A stretch of 64,000 nt of DNA from the human T2T-CHM13v2.0 reference genome, Homo sapiens (GCF_009914755.1 NC_060927.1), one strand, 5' to 3'. Positions 1 to 16,279 are shown, counted from the first letter of the stretch. Translations and numbers: made by a program. The notes: generated from the sequence alone by a model not told the origin.

Positions 1-171
1 CTTTTTAAAACTTGCTTAATGTTCTAACTACCTAGTCATAATTCAGTCCCAACAGTCCATTAACCATCTAAATATCTGCTCAAGAAGTTCATTCACAGGA
101 AGCATTCTATCAGATTAATCCTGAAAAAGTCTCTCTCAAAGATGTTTTTACTTCCTAAAAACTGGGCTGGA

Positions 172-365
172 GGCTAGGTGCGGTGGTTCATGCCTGTAAT
201 CTCAGCACTTTGGAAGGCCGAGGCAGGCGGGCAGATCACCTGAGGTCAGGAGCTGAGGCAGGAGAATCCCTTGAATCAGGAGGCAGAGGTTGAAGTGAGC
301 CAAGATTGCTCCACTGGACTCCAGTCTAGGTTATTTTTAAAACAAAAAACAAAAGAACAACAACA
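172..365 (+). mobile_element. Alu with internal deletion
   Basis: Alu head jumps to the right arm; 14-bp TSD AAAAACTGGGCTGG. Confidence 0.85.
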
Positions 366-693
366 AAAAACTGGGCTGGTTACACTCTTTTGTGTTGATG
401 TTATTACACGCTTTTTAAAAAATATATTTTTTTTAGTTTTTCAGATAGCCATTTCTGGGTGCAAGTGCTGGTTAAACTATTTTTTCTTTCCTTTTTTTTT
501 TTTCTGTTGGACACCATTGACTAGACGGTTACGCTCCTAATACAACTGTTATGCTGACATCTTCCTTCATCAACATCTGGGGATTCACTTTTCACCTCTC
601 CTCTGTGTTAGAATCCTTTGTTGACCACTCAACTTTCTTTTTTTCCTTTGGAATAACCATAATCTTCAGCTGCTTCCTCAGAAAAAAAGTTGA

Positions 694-1622
<929 letters not shown>

Positions 1623-1624
1623 TT

Positions 1625-2190
1625 AAAGTATTTTCATTTTACTGTTACAGCTGATGATAGTTTGGCTGGCTATAAAATTCTAATTTTAAAATAATATTCC
1701 TTCAGAATTTTGGAAGGCATTGCTCAAGTATCTTATTTCCATTGTTGCTATTTAAAAGTCTAAAGTGATTTCAATCCTCCATCTTTTGTATGGGAACATT
1801 CTTTTATTTCTAGAAGCTTGTAATATCTTATTTTCTTCTCAGGCATCCTTGAATTTCTTGATGTGCTTTGGTGTGGGTGTGTTTATGTGTGGGGCACTAG
1901 ATGGGGTCTTTCAATGTGGCACTACGTGTCCTTCTCTGGGAAATTTCCTGAATTATTTCATGTACAATTTTTCCTCCTCCTTTTTCTCCATTCTCTCTTT
2001 TTAGAATGCTTACTATTTGGAAATTGTATCACTTAGACTGATATTCTTATTTTCTTATATTTTCTAGTGTCCATATGTTAATCTCTTTGCTCCATTTTCT
2101 AGAACATTTTCTCAACTTTATCTTTCAACTCCTTTATTGAGTTTTTTGCTTTTGCTGACATACTGTTAATTTCCAGAAGCTCTTTTTAAT
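1625..2190 (-). mobile_element. Old L1 (L1M-type) fragment
   Basis: T-rich degenerate sequence resembling the antisense L1M 5'/ORF1 region (gatagtttggctggctataaaattcta...). Confidence 0.55.
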
Positions 2191-2281
2191 TTTCTAAAAT
2201 AAATAAATATATAATGTATGCACAATAGCATATATACATCATAGATTTTATATATATAAATATATACATATGTATAATTCT

Positions 2282-2306
2282 ACACACACACACACACACA
2301 CACACA
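2282..2306. repeat. (CA)n microsatellite
   Basis: Read directly. Confidence 0.95.
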
Positions 2307-2319
2307 CCCCACCATCACC

Positions 2320-2830
<511 letters not shown>

Positions 2831-2909
2831 TAAAAGTTATTTTATATTTCCTAATTTTTTGTTTCTTGAGAAAGGATAATTATCGTCTCAATTTAGAAAA
2901 GTTAAAATT

Positions 2910-3649
<740 letters not shown>

Positions 3650-3724
3650 TTAATCTTAATAAGTGTTCCAGTAGCTGTGTATACAAGGTTTCAATCTGCA
3701 TTTACTTTTATTTTAAAAAAGTAT

Positions 3725-4245
3725 TTTCCTTTTTGGAGTGCCGTGGCACAATCTCGGCTCACTGCAGCCTCCGGGTTCAAGTGATTCTCCTGCCTCAGCC
3801 TCCTGAGTAGCAGGGATTACAGGCGCCCACCACCACGTCTGGCTAATTTTTTTGTATTTTTAGTAGAGAAGAGGTTTCACCATGTTGGCCAGGCTGGTCT
3901 TGAACTCCTGACCTCAAGTGATCTGCCCACCTAGGCCTCCTAAAGTGCTAGGAATATAGCATGTAACCCAGGAGGCAGAGGCTGCAGTGAGCCAAGATCG
4001 GGCCACTGCACTCCAGCCTGAGCAACAAAGTGAGACTCTGTCTCAAAAAAAAAAAAAGGAAAAAGAAATAGTACTGCTTTTCAATACAGAAAACTTGGAA
4101 AATATAGAAACTCACAAAGAAGGCAGGGCATGGTAGCTTATGCCTCTAATCCCAGGACATTAGGAGGCCCAGGCAGGAGGATTGCTTGAGCCCAGGAGTC
4201 CAGGGTTGGCCTGGTTAACACAGCGAGACCCCAATCCCTATTTAA
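3725..4245. mobile_element. Partial antisense Alu, sense right-arm fragment and FLAM-like monomer
   Basis: Alu motifs at ~3725-3955 (-), ~3966-4065 (+) and ~4122-4245 (+). Confidence 0.8.
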
Positions 4246-4252
<7 letters not shown>

Positions 4253-4294
<42 letters not shown>

Positions 4295-4298
4295 CACA
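4253..4298. repeat. (CA)n microsatellite
   Basis: Read directly. Confidence 0.95.
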
Positions 4299-4548
4299 GA
4301 AAGAGAGACAGAGAAATAAACATTCATGATGCCACTACCCTAAGAGAACCACTGTTAGCATTTTGGTAAAGTCTTTGTAATACATTTTCATGCAATATAC
4401 ATATATGTATCCTGTACAAAATTGGTTGCATATATAAGCTGCTTTTTACAGTTATAGACATCTTCTCATATCAGTAGATAGTCTTCTATAATTTCATTGC
4501 TAGTGGCTGTAGAAGATTCCATGGTATAGTATTTAAAAATGAAAATAT

Positions 4549-4869
<321 letters not shown>

Positions 4870-5496
4870 TAACATGCTCATTGTGAAAAATTCAGATGAG
4901 GCAAAAAATATAGACATTATATAGTTTACGTAAATCATTAGCCCATCTTCTGGAAATATCCTCTAATAATATATGGAAATATTAACTTTCAGACTTTATA
5001 TATGTATATACACACTGCATATATATTTTAATATGATTATGTATGGTGTTTTGTGACATTCTTTAAAGTGAACATCTTTTTATGATGATGAAAATAGATC
5101 TACATCAAAATTTTAAAGTTTGTGTAATGTCCCATTTTGAATATTATATGGAGGCTGCAAACAGTCATTGATGTGGCACTGGAAATGGAAAGTAAGAGGG
5201 CTCAAATCGTAGTTCTGACACTTACAGCTTGTCTGATCTTACATGTGTTACTGGTTGCTATAGGGCTCAGTTGCTTAATTGAAATCACGAAGTCTACCTA
5301 GAAGAAGTAGTAAAGTGTTGGCTGGGTTCCAAATTCAAATGTTTTCGCTATGCAAGGCCTGAAGAGGGACAATACTTATTCTTTAGAGTTCAGGCAGTAT
5401 GAGATGCTTTGGCCTGTGCCCAAGTGGAACTTTCGCATCCATACTCAAAATCACTCACATTGAGAACAAACAAAAAATACACTGAAAGCCAAAACA

Positions 5497-5575
5497 GAGA
5501 GAGAGAGAGGAGAGAAGAGAGAAGAGAAAAGGAAGAGAAGGGAGGGGAGGGGAGGACAGGAAAGGAGAGGGGAAC
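5497..5575. repeat. GA-rich polypurine tract
   Basis: Read directly. Confidence 0.85.
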
Positions 5576-5589
5576 CCATAAAGAAAAGC

Positions 5590-6560
5590 ACACTGGGACC
5601 CTCATACACTGTTGGTGGGAATGCAAATAATGCAGCCACTTTGGAAAAGTCTGGCAATTCCTCAAAAGGTTTAAACATGGAGTTATCACGAGTCAGCAAT
5701 TCCATTTCTAGCTATATACCCAAGAGAAACAAAAACATACATCTGTCTATACCAAAACATATACAGCAATTTTCATAGCAGCATTATTCCTAACAGCCAA
5801 AAAGTAGAAACAAAGCAAACTTCTATCAATTGATGAATTAATAAATAAAATGATGTGGTATATCCATACAACAGTATATTTGACAAAAAGGAATGAGTAG
5901 TAATACATTCTACAACATGGATGAAACTATAATACATTATACTAAATGAAAGAAGCCAATCATAGGCCAGGTGCAGTGGCTTACATTTGTAATCCTAGCA
6001 CTCTGGGAGGCTGAGGCGGAGGCAGTGGATAACTTGAGCTTAGGAGTTCGAGACCAGCCTGGGCAACATGGTGAAACCCCATCTCTACAAAAAATACAAA
6101 GATTAGGCTAGGCGGGCGTGGTGGGTGGTGTCTGTACTCCCAGCTACTTGTGGGGCAGGGGGTTGAGGCGGGAGAATCACTTTAGTCCAGGAGGTGGAGG
6201 TTGTGGTGAGTGGAGATCAAGCCACTGCACTCCAGCCTGGGCAACAGAGTGAGACTCTGTCTCAAAAAAAAAAAAAAAGGAAAAAGAAAAAAGAAAGCCA
6301 GTCATAAAACAACACATATTCCGCGATTTCATTTATATTAAATATCTAGACTAGGCCAATCTATATAGGTAGAAAACAGGATAGTGATTTCCTAGGGCCT
6401 GGGGAGCTGGGGTTAAATCTAGAGTGAACGCTAACAGGTATGGGGTTATTTTTGCAGTGATGAAAATGTTCTAAAATTGACTGTGGTGATGGTTGCACAA
6501 ATCTGTGAATATACTAAAAACTACTGAATTGTACATTATAAATGGGAGAATTATATCTAA
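5590..6560 (+). mobile_element. L1MB-like 3' end interrupted by an Alu (5965-6295)
   Basis: L1 ORF2-end and 3'UTR motifs (cagcaattccatttctagctatatacccaagagaa; ggttgcacaaatctgtgaatatactaaaaac); Alu flanked by aagcca(a/g)tcata TSD. Confidence 0.85.
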
Positions 6561-6736
6561 AGAAAACTTTTTAAGAAAGCAAATGGGACATTATAATTCT
6601 GAAGGATCACAATGAGATACAATATAGAGTGTTAGCATAAGGTGCCCTTAATAAATGGTGGCTATTACTCATTGATGGGCATTTAGTTGTTTACATTTTT
6701 CTCATGATGATCAACACTTTAAAAAGAACATCCCAG

Positions 6737-7305
6737 CCCAGTGTGGGATGGCCAAGAGTTCAAGGTTACAGTGAGCTATGATTGTGCCACTGCACTTCAG
6801 CCTTGGCGATAGAGATCCTGTCTTAAAAAAAAAAAAAAAAATAGGCCGGGAGTGAATACATAGGCTGGGCACGGTGGCTCATGCCTGCAATCCCGAGGCA
6901 GGCAGATCATGAGGTCAGGAGTTCCAGACCAGCCTGGCCAACATGGTGAAACCCCATCTCTACTAAAAACACAAAAAGATTATCTGGGTGTGGTGGTGCG
7001 CGCCTGTAATCCCAACTACTCCGGAGGCTGAGGCAGGAGAATCACTTGAACCAGCAGGCGGAGGTTGCAGTGAGCTGAGATCTCATCACTGCACTCCAGC
7101 CTGGGCGATAGAGCGAGATTGTCTAAAAAAATAATAATAAATAAAATAAAATAAAATAAAATAAATATTGTAGTCCTAGCTACTCGGGAGGCTGAGGTGG
7201 CAGCATCACCTGAGCCTGGGAAGTCCAGGCTGCCACGTAATCACGCCACTGCACTCCATCTTGGGTAACAGAGTGAGACCCTGTCTCTAAATAAATAAAT
7301 AAATA
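6737..7305 (+). mobile_element. Alu cluster (fragment, Alu ~6863-7130 with (AAAAT)n tail, right arm ~7169-7305)
   Basis: Alu motifs. Confidence 0.85.
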
Positions 7306-8039
7306 GAATATCCTGTACATAACAACAGTGAGCACTTTCACAGCCCTCATTTTTTCCCAGAATCTTCAGAGATGCAGACGTGCTCATAAAATGTTGTGTA
7401 CATTTTATTTTTTTAGAATCTGAAAAACTGGGTCAGTGGGCGTTTCATGGGAAGTATAGAATGTTAGCAAAGTATCCTTTCTTAAGTTTTTCTGCGAAAA
7501 CGGTAATAATGTAAGTATAACAAGGAGCACTTATAGTATTATTTTCCAAAGCCCTTGCTTAGGGAAGGAGCTTCAGTATTAAGTTGTTAAAATCCATACC
7601 CAAAGTATTTGTTATGCTTACAAAACTGGAGATGGTTCTGCTTTGATCCTATTTGCGGAAATTTGCATGCATTTAACAGAGGAAAACGTGGTCTCCTGCT
7701 CTATTAAGTTTGTCTGACTACTTTTAATAAGGCGAATTCACCTAAACTCTGTTCTAGGGTGTGAACACAATTACTTGCCCTGAAAATACTCAGTTTGACT
7801 TTTAAAGAGCTAAAGTGGTAACAGGTGGGGAGAGGGCTAGGCCAAATTGTTTGAGGGGGTGTGGAACTGTGGAATTTGAGTGAAGAGAAGGCCCAACTTT
7901 TTTTAAAAAAAGAGCGGGGCGAAATAACTTGGGGCACAACAGTATGTCTATTTTGTAGGCATCCCTCTTCCCCAGGGCAACTGGAGCCCAAAAAGTGGGT
8001 GAGAAAGCCATTCCAGGGCAGCCAGCACTTCCAGAAGTT

Positions 8040-9150
8040 TAAGGTCAGGATGCCGGAGCTCAGGGGAATGCCGATGCGCCGGGCAGGCTGTGCCTGGGCA
8101 GTTCATTCTGTGGCAGCTGGAGGCACTACTCGGCCGCCGCGGTGCGAACTGCGGGCACTGTGGGGCGGAGACCTAGGGGCGGGTCAACAAAGGTCGGGCG
8201 ATTGTGTCTGGAGGCAAATCCGACGTAGACGGCGGCAGGCGGAGCCCAAAGCCGGTGATGCAGGGTGCGCAGGGATCCCACCTGGAGAGTCGGGGCGGCA
8301 CGTTGAGACCCCAGGGGTGAAGGGCGGGGGATCCCAATCCCAGCCCTGTTTTCCCCTCCCCTTTCCCCGCCTCCTTCTCGCCCCTCCCCCCTCCTCCCCT
8401 CTGGTTGGAAAGTTTCTAGAATCTCTTCCCAGCGGCCTTTGCGGTTCCAACATGGCGGAGCTGACGGTGGAGGTTCGCGGCTCTAACGGGGCTTTCTACA
8501 AGGTACTGACCGTTTTGCCACTTTGTCGAGTGTTCTGGGTGCTGGAGCGCGTTTGAGGGAGGGTTGGTGGTCCCAGAGAGTGAGGTTTGGGGTCGGAAAG
8601 GCAGCCAGGCCAAAGCTCGAGGCCGCTGGATTCCTTGCTTCTCCCCCCTCCACCCGCGGTTTAACGGTCTCGGGGGCCGGGGCTCCGTTATGTTTTGAAA
8701 CAACACGTCGGACACCTCTTGCATTTTCCTAGTTATGAACCCTCTTGGTTGCTAGTGCGGTTCTTGGCGGGCCGGTGGGAAGCAACTGAGTGGCTGCTGG
8801 GCGGCGGGAGCTCCTTCGGAGCAGGCCCGAGCTCTGGGAGGTGGGGGAGTCGTGAAAGGAGGCGGTGGGATTGTGTGGTCTCACCCGCTCCCCCGCCCCT
8901 CGAACTGGGCCGGGCGGGAGCTCCTCAGCCCGCTCCTCCGACCCCTCCCCACCCCTTGGGGCGGGTGTATCGCGGAATCTTTGGAATTCACCCTTGTATT
9001 TGAGTTTTGGGCCAACAAATCTTTAGTGTCTGAGGAGAATGGGGGTACCGGATTGAGGGTTAGGATCAAATACAGAAAAGCAGAAAACCTTGAATTGTGG
9101 CGGGTTGGAATATTTTTGCGGCCTGGGAAATTGGGCGGCGCCTTAGCCCC
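8040..9150. promoter_or_regulatory. CpG-island promoter of FXR1 with GC boxes and no obvious TATA
   Basis: Sharp rise in GC and CpG against AT-rich flanks. GGGCGG boxes at ~8163, ~8177 and ~8322; C-rich tract ~8348-8400; spans exon 1. Confidence 0.9.
8452..8502 (+). CDS. FXR1: FXR1 coding exon 1 (MAELTVEVRGSNGAFYK)
   Basis: Strong Kozak aacATGG; donor AAG|gtactg; 51 nt, phase 0. Confidence 0.97.
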
Positions 9151-10417
9151 TCTATTACGGAAGAAAAGGAGAGTTGTGAGCTTTAAAGTAAGATTTAAAA
9201 TGCGAAATGGATCAGGGAGATAGGTGGAGAGGTGACTAATTTCTTTATATCACTGCCCCTGTTTTTGGAGGGAGGTTTTGTTTTGTTTTGTTTTTTCTCC
9301 CACGAGGTTTTTTGTTTGTTTGCTTGGGAGGAAGGACATCCATTACTATGGAATCGGGGCTGAAAAACGTAAGAGGAATAGAGTAGAGGAATTTGGTGGG
9401 GCATTCAGCGTTCACATATCTGAAAATGAAATCCTAATAGTTTATTTTTTGCCACTATAGCGTTCTTTTCTCCTTATTTTCCCGAAATACGCCAGGTTGT
9501 TAGAAGATCAATACAGAATCTCCCCAGCTGTTGTCTGTCAGTCAATCTCACTAAGCCAGCATCTCAAATGTTTGAGAGTCTTGGCTATTTTTATGAAGGG
9601 CCTTCTTCTAATACATGAGTATTGTGCGTATGCAAAGTGAATTCTCACAGGTTTTCATTTCAGCGTACCTTTTATCCTATGGGTTTTTATTTTATTTGGC
9701 CACGATTTTCTATTTTCAGCATTTTGATTTTCTTTTCTTAGTTTACTGATTAGCTCTGTGGATTTGGTTTAACTGTCACGTGGTACCAGCATAATGGGGA
9801 ATCACAGCGTATAAAGGATCCCCCTAAGCTTTTTGCAAGTTTAAATCTCCTTAGGTGGTAAACTTAAAGTAGGAACAGTGCCTGTTGGAAATGAGACTTT
9901 ATGTTAATGCGTGAGTAGTTAACATTGACGTTCTCGGTTTAAGACTTGATGTCAGACCAATGACCTAGGTGAAATTTGAGTACATAGTTAATTGACTTTT
10001 GTTGTTATTGAAACCTGGTGGTTGCTTTCCCTGGACTACTGCAGATACAGTTCGCTGGGTAAGACGGCGAAAAGAATAGACTTATCTATGTTTTTCCTAT
10101 CAATTGTAGATAAGTCGTTTTGCATCACCCCCCACCCCTTTCCCGAAAAGTTTTAAATTCTCACTATTTGGCCCTGTAGTTCTTGTATAAGGGAGGTATG
10201 CATTTTTTCTTGCATATTGGAAAAAATAAAGTGATTATTTTGCTTTATTTCATGGTTCTGCATCATGCATGTGGTAGACAACTATTTTTAGCAAAGTATA
10301 TTTGTCAATAGCCTGCTATGCAAGATATTTTTTCCTTTTTTTAATAAGGTGAAGGTAATTTTAGTAAAGATTGTTTGCAGTCTTACTTTGGTTTCTCACG
10401 GTATTTTTTTTTTCCAG

Positions 10418-10548
10418 TCAATTCACAATGAATCAAATGTCCCCATTTTGGAACTCTGAAGTATTTATAATTGATCTCTATACATATCTACAATCTACTG
10501 CTTGTTTCTACTTAGACTTTGACTCCATTACTCATTTTGCCTCACAAA
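10418..10548 (+). other. Candidate 131-nt cassette (poison) exon in intron 1
   Basis: Long T-tract ccag| acceptor and AAA|gtgagt donor; TGA in the exon-1 frame. Confidence 0.5.
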
Positions 10549-10944
10549 GTGAGTTGGTACTTTGACAAAGGTTGGAAAGGACACTAGCCACCTGTGTGTG
10601 CACTGAAATCATGTACGCTTGAACATTTGGAATTTTATGTCCAGCCATAATCCACTTGCATATGCACTTTGTGGAAACTGTGGTCTTCAGAACTCTGGAA
10701 GAATGAGAATGGCGGAGTGGAAAAGAGTCCTGGATTTGAAGTAAACAGATGAGAATTCTAGGTCTGTACTTCACCTTACCATTATCTAACAATGGACCCC
10801 TGAACAAATCTCTCTGTCTAACATGAGGGGCTTGAAGTAGTTCTGTGATCCCCAGTATATTTTTATCCTATTAAACTGCTGACTTGAAAACCATTGGCTT
10901 ATTGCACAGAAGTTTATTGCTTTTTATTCATTAGAATGTAAAAG

Positions 10945-11232
10945 TTAATGTTAATTTACATACAGTAAAATAAGCCTTTTTTGGTGTACGGTTATGAATC
11001 TTGATAAATGCTGACAATTATCAAGATTAACTGTCACTTTAACTGTGGTGGTGTCAGCATTTATCAAGATTCATAGCCCCCAAATTTCCGTCATGCCCTT
11101 TTCAGTCAACCATTCCTCAACCCCAGCTTCTAGAGTGTTTTCTGTCCCCATAGTTTTTCTTATTCAGAACGTTACGTATATAGAATCGTACACTATATTG
11201 TGTAGTGTTTTGAGTCCGGCTTCCATTTAGCG
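10945..11232 (-). mobile_element. L1M 3'-end fragment
   Basis: Antisense L1MC/MD-like 3'UTR (atttacatacagtaaaa...ttttggtgtac...ttttgagtccggcttc). Confidence 0.65.
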
Positions 11233-11272
11233 TAGAAGCAATTTAATTTTAATTAGTTTTTTTCCAATTTAG

Positions 11273-11294
11273 AAGATAATACATGGTCACTGAG
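11273..11294 (+). other. Candidate 22-nt microexon carrying an alternative start (MVTE-)
   Basis: gtttttttccaatttag|AAGATAATACATGGTCACTGAG|gtaatt; ATG at 11283 is in frame with exon 2. Confidence 0.65.
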
Positions 11295-12087
11295 GTAATT
11301 TTGGAACTCAGCAAAAACTAGAAGTTGCCTTGAGATGAGAGCTGTTAACATTTTAGTGTATTTCTTTGGTTTTTTTTGGTGGTTTTTCAATGTACAGGTG
11401 ATCTGAATTTCCCTTTTTTCCCCTCCTCTTACCCCGTATAGGCAGAAGACACACATTTGGCCGTAAGTGTGAATTGCCATTGATGAGTTTCAAAGTCAGT
11501 TATCATGCCTTGAGGCAGTACTCTGTAGACTTTGATTAAAGTTTTTGTAGTAGAACTGAAACTTCATTTCACAAATTAATTGGAACCAGTGAAACGCTGA
11601 AGATCTGAATATTTTACCTAAAATTAGGGTAGCCTTTAAAAAATAGTATGTACACAAATGGTGGCATGCTAAATACATTGTTCTGCATTTAACAGTGGCT
11701 CTATAGTTAGAGATATTAGAAACTTGATTTGTGCATGTTCGTAGCCCTATAAATCTGCGGGGATGAGAGAGAATGGGAAGATGTTAATTAAGCATTTGTT
11801 GGTGGGCTATGCTGTTATATAAAATAACATTATAGGCTTTGTACTTTTGTACTTCTCATACCTAAAGTAGCATCTTAGGTTTTATACTACTGGACATTTA
11901 AGGTGTCTTGAAAAAGAAAGTTTTAATGAGGTAGAATGTATATTCTATAAAACAACCTTTTTTAAGTGTACAGTTGAATGACAGTGTATTTACAGAGTTG
12001 TGTAACCACCGCCACAGTCTTCCTTCAGAACGTTCCATTACCCCACAGAAACCTCCGGCTCATTTGCATCATTAAAGTGCTTTTTAA

Positions 12088-12902
<815 letters not shown>

Positions 12903-13432
12903 GAGTTAATTACTTTTAGAGCTGTCTGCTTCCACCGTGTAACTGTCTACAAAACAAATCTCAAAGTACTATATTTCTATAATTCCCTGTTTAGCTTGAT
13001 TTAATATTAAGTGGAATTTGAGCGTAATCTAAATTATGCATAGATATATTAATAATGATGACCAATAGAATTATAGTAAAAAGTTGCGTTCAGAGGGTAT
13101 GCTGACTTTTCAAGGTTAGTACAGAATCTTGTTAGTTGGTTTCATTGTGGAGATTTGTAATTGAAAAAACGATAATTGTCTTAATATTAGGCCACCCTGT
13201 TAATTTAAAAATACATAGTTCCAGATAATTTAAAATGGTTGTTTTGCATATTTAAAAAGATAATTTTCATTAAAATGCTAAGTAATGAAGATTTAACTGG
13301 ATGTCAAAATAAATGATCACAACAGCTTTTATTTTCATTCACAGATAGTTGCAAAACGTGGAGGGGAAGGAAGGCTGGGATTTTCTACTCTATCTTGCTG
13401 ATGGTGATCACAGTTATTAAAAAGTCAACTTA

Positions 13433-13741
<309 letters not shown>

Positions 13742-14059
13742 TTAAATGCATATATTTCTTGTAAAGTTTTGTGTTTTGTATTAGAAGAGCAACACATAAT
13801 TACGAAAAATATGAAAGCAGAAAAGCACATCTTACCTATCTAGAGAGATACTGTCAAGGCCCTGGCTTTAAATACTTCCAGAAAACATTATTTTTCCGTA
13901 TTTTTACTTTTATGTACCTGTTATTTTCTATGTCAGATATTTGTGTGCCTTCTGTAAGATAATAGTTTAAGATGAGAGCCTGTTCTTTACTAGATTATGT
14001 ATTAAGCTTCTATATGTATTTCCTGATTTTCTTTTCCCAAGAACTCTGTGAGGTTGGTT

Positions 14060-14204
14060 TTATTTTTTTAATTTTTATTTTTTAGTAGAGATGGGGTCTT
14101 GCTATTTAGATCAGGCTGGTCTCAAACTCCTGGTCTCAAGCAATACTCCCATCTGGGCCTCCCAGAGTGCTGGGATTACAGGCATGAACCACTGAGTCTG
14201 GCCA
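14060..14204 (-). mobile_element. FLAM / Alu monomer
   Basis: Left-arm motifs only. Confidence 0.8.
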
Positions 14205-14901
14205 GCATTAGGGATTTTTCAAAGTAACTTTTAGGATAGTGAGCTTACATTTTCATTAGGAGGAAAAGGGCAGATACTTTGCTGGATTATCACTCTGGAT
14301 AAGTTCTCTATCACAGTGTTTAAGGTTGTCAAATTAGCTTTTTTGTAGTGGGAAGAGCAATATGCATTCATTCCATGATTGACCCCTAATTCTTGTAATA
14401 GTTTTTAACTGGCAGGATCATCCAGGTAAACACCTTGGTTTTTTCATATGCAGTATGAAGCAGTTGTATTTCCTTTAACCTATTTATAAGTTGTGAAATC
14501 TTTGCTAGTTTCTGTTGATGGCAGTCCCATCTACCTCTAGCAACTGTAACTAATTTTCATTGAGTACCCAGACTACTTACCAGACTTTGTAGGTGCCTTA
14601 CTCGAATTTCCCATTTAATCCTTTCAACCACAGTGAAGTAGATAACTCCACTATTTGAGAATACTGAGGCTAAGTGAATCCAGGTCTGTAAAGTTAGATG
14701 CTGATTCAAGATTCAGACTCTAAAGTTTGACACCACAGAACCAATTTCTTTAACCATTATGGTGCAATATTTTTTGAAGTACAAATGTTTTGCCACATTA
14801 TTACTAATTTTGAATTGTTACTAATATGAGGAGAATTATGAGGAATAAATTGGGAGGTTCCCAGAGAAATGATTTGAGCTATGCCTTTGCTTTAGACAAA
14901 T

Positions 14902-15764
<863 letters not shown>

Positions 15765-16279
15765 TAACTTGCCTGCCATTCTCTATCTTCAGCGTTTTTT
15801 GCTGTCTATTTTGGGAAGATGAACAGAGGTCTCCATTAGTAAAATAGCTGATGAAGTTTATTATTGTTGGCAAAGGGATGCGCTCCCGTGTTGAGATTTC
15901 TTCAGATCAGGAGCCTCAGAGGCTCCTGAATTCCTTTCTTAATCTACATAATTAATCATAGGTAGCTGTTTTTGGTTCCCTTTTCATGTAACCTTTTTGT
16001 TTTTACAGTTTTTCAGGTTATTTTCAAGTCTTAAATTTTGTTGATATATGTACTTAGTTCATAGTAAGCCCTCAGTGTATATTTGTTGAATGATGTGTAA
16101 TCTTAGTAACTGCTAACTTCATCATTTCTGATTTTGGTTCAAACTGAATTTAAATGATTTTTTTAAAGAAGTTATGTTTTGATCTTGGTCAAGTTCAGAT
16201 ATTGTCACAAAACTTTATGCATGCATAGAGGGAACTGTATAGAACTTAAACTCTGCAACGAGAAAGTCAGAATAGTTTT

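Noticed and set aside
8050-8451. Search for an FMR1-like CGG repeat in the leader
   Set aside because: No CGG tract longer than two units is present.
8184-9223. Overlapping Gly/Pro/Arg-rich ORFs on both strands
   Set aside because: Expected from stop depletion in a CpG island; no recognisable domain.
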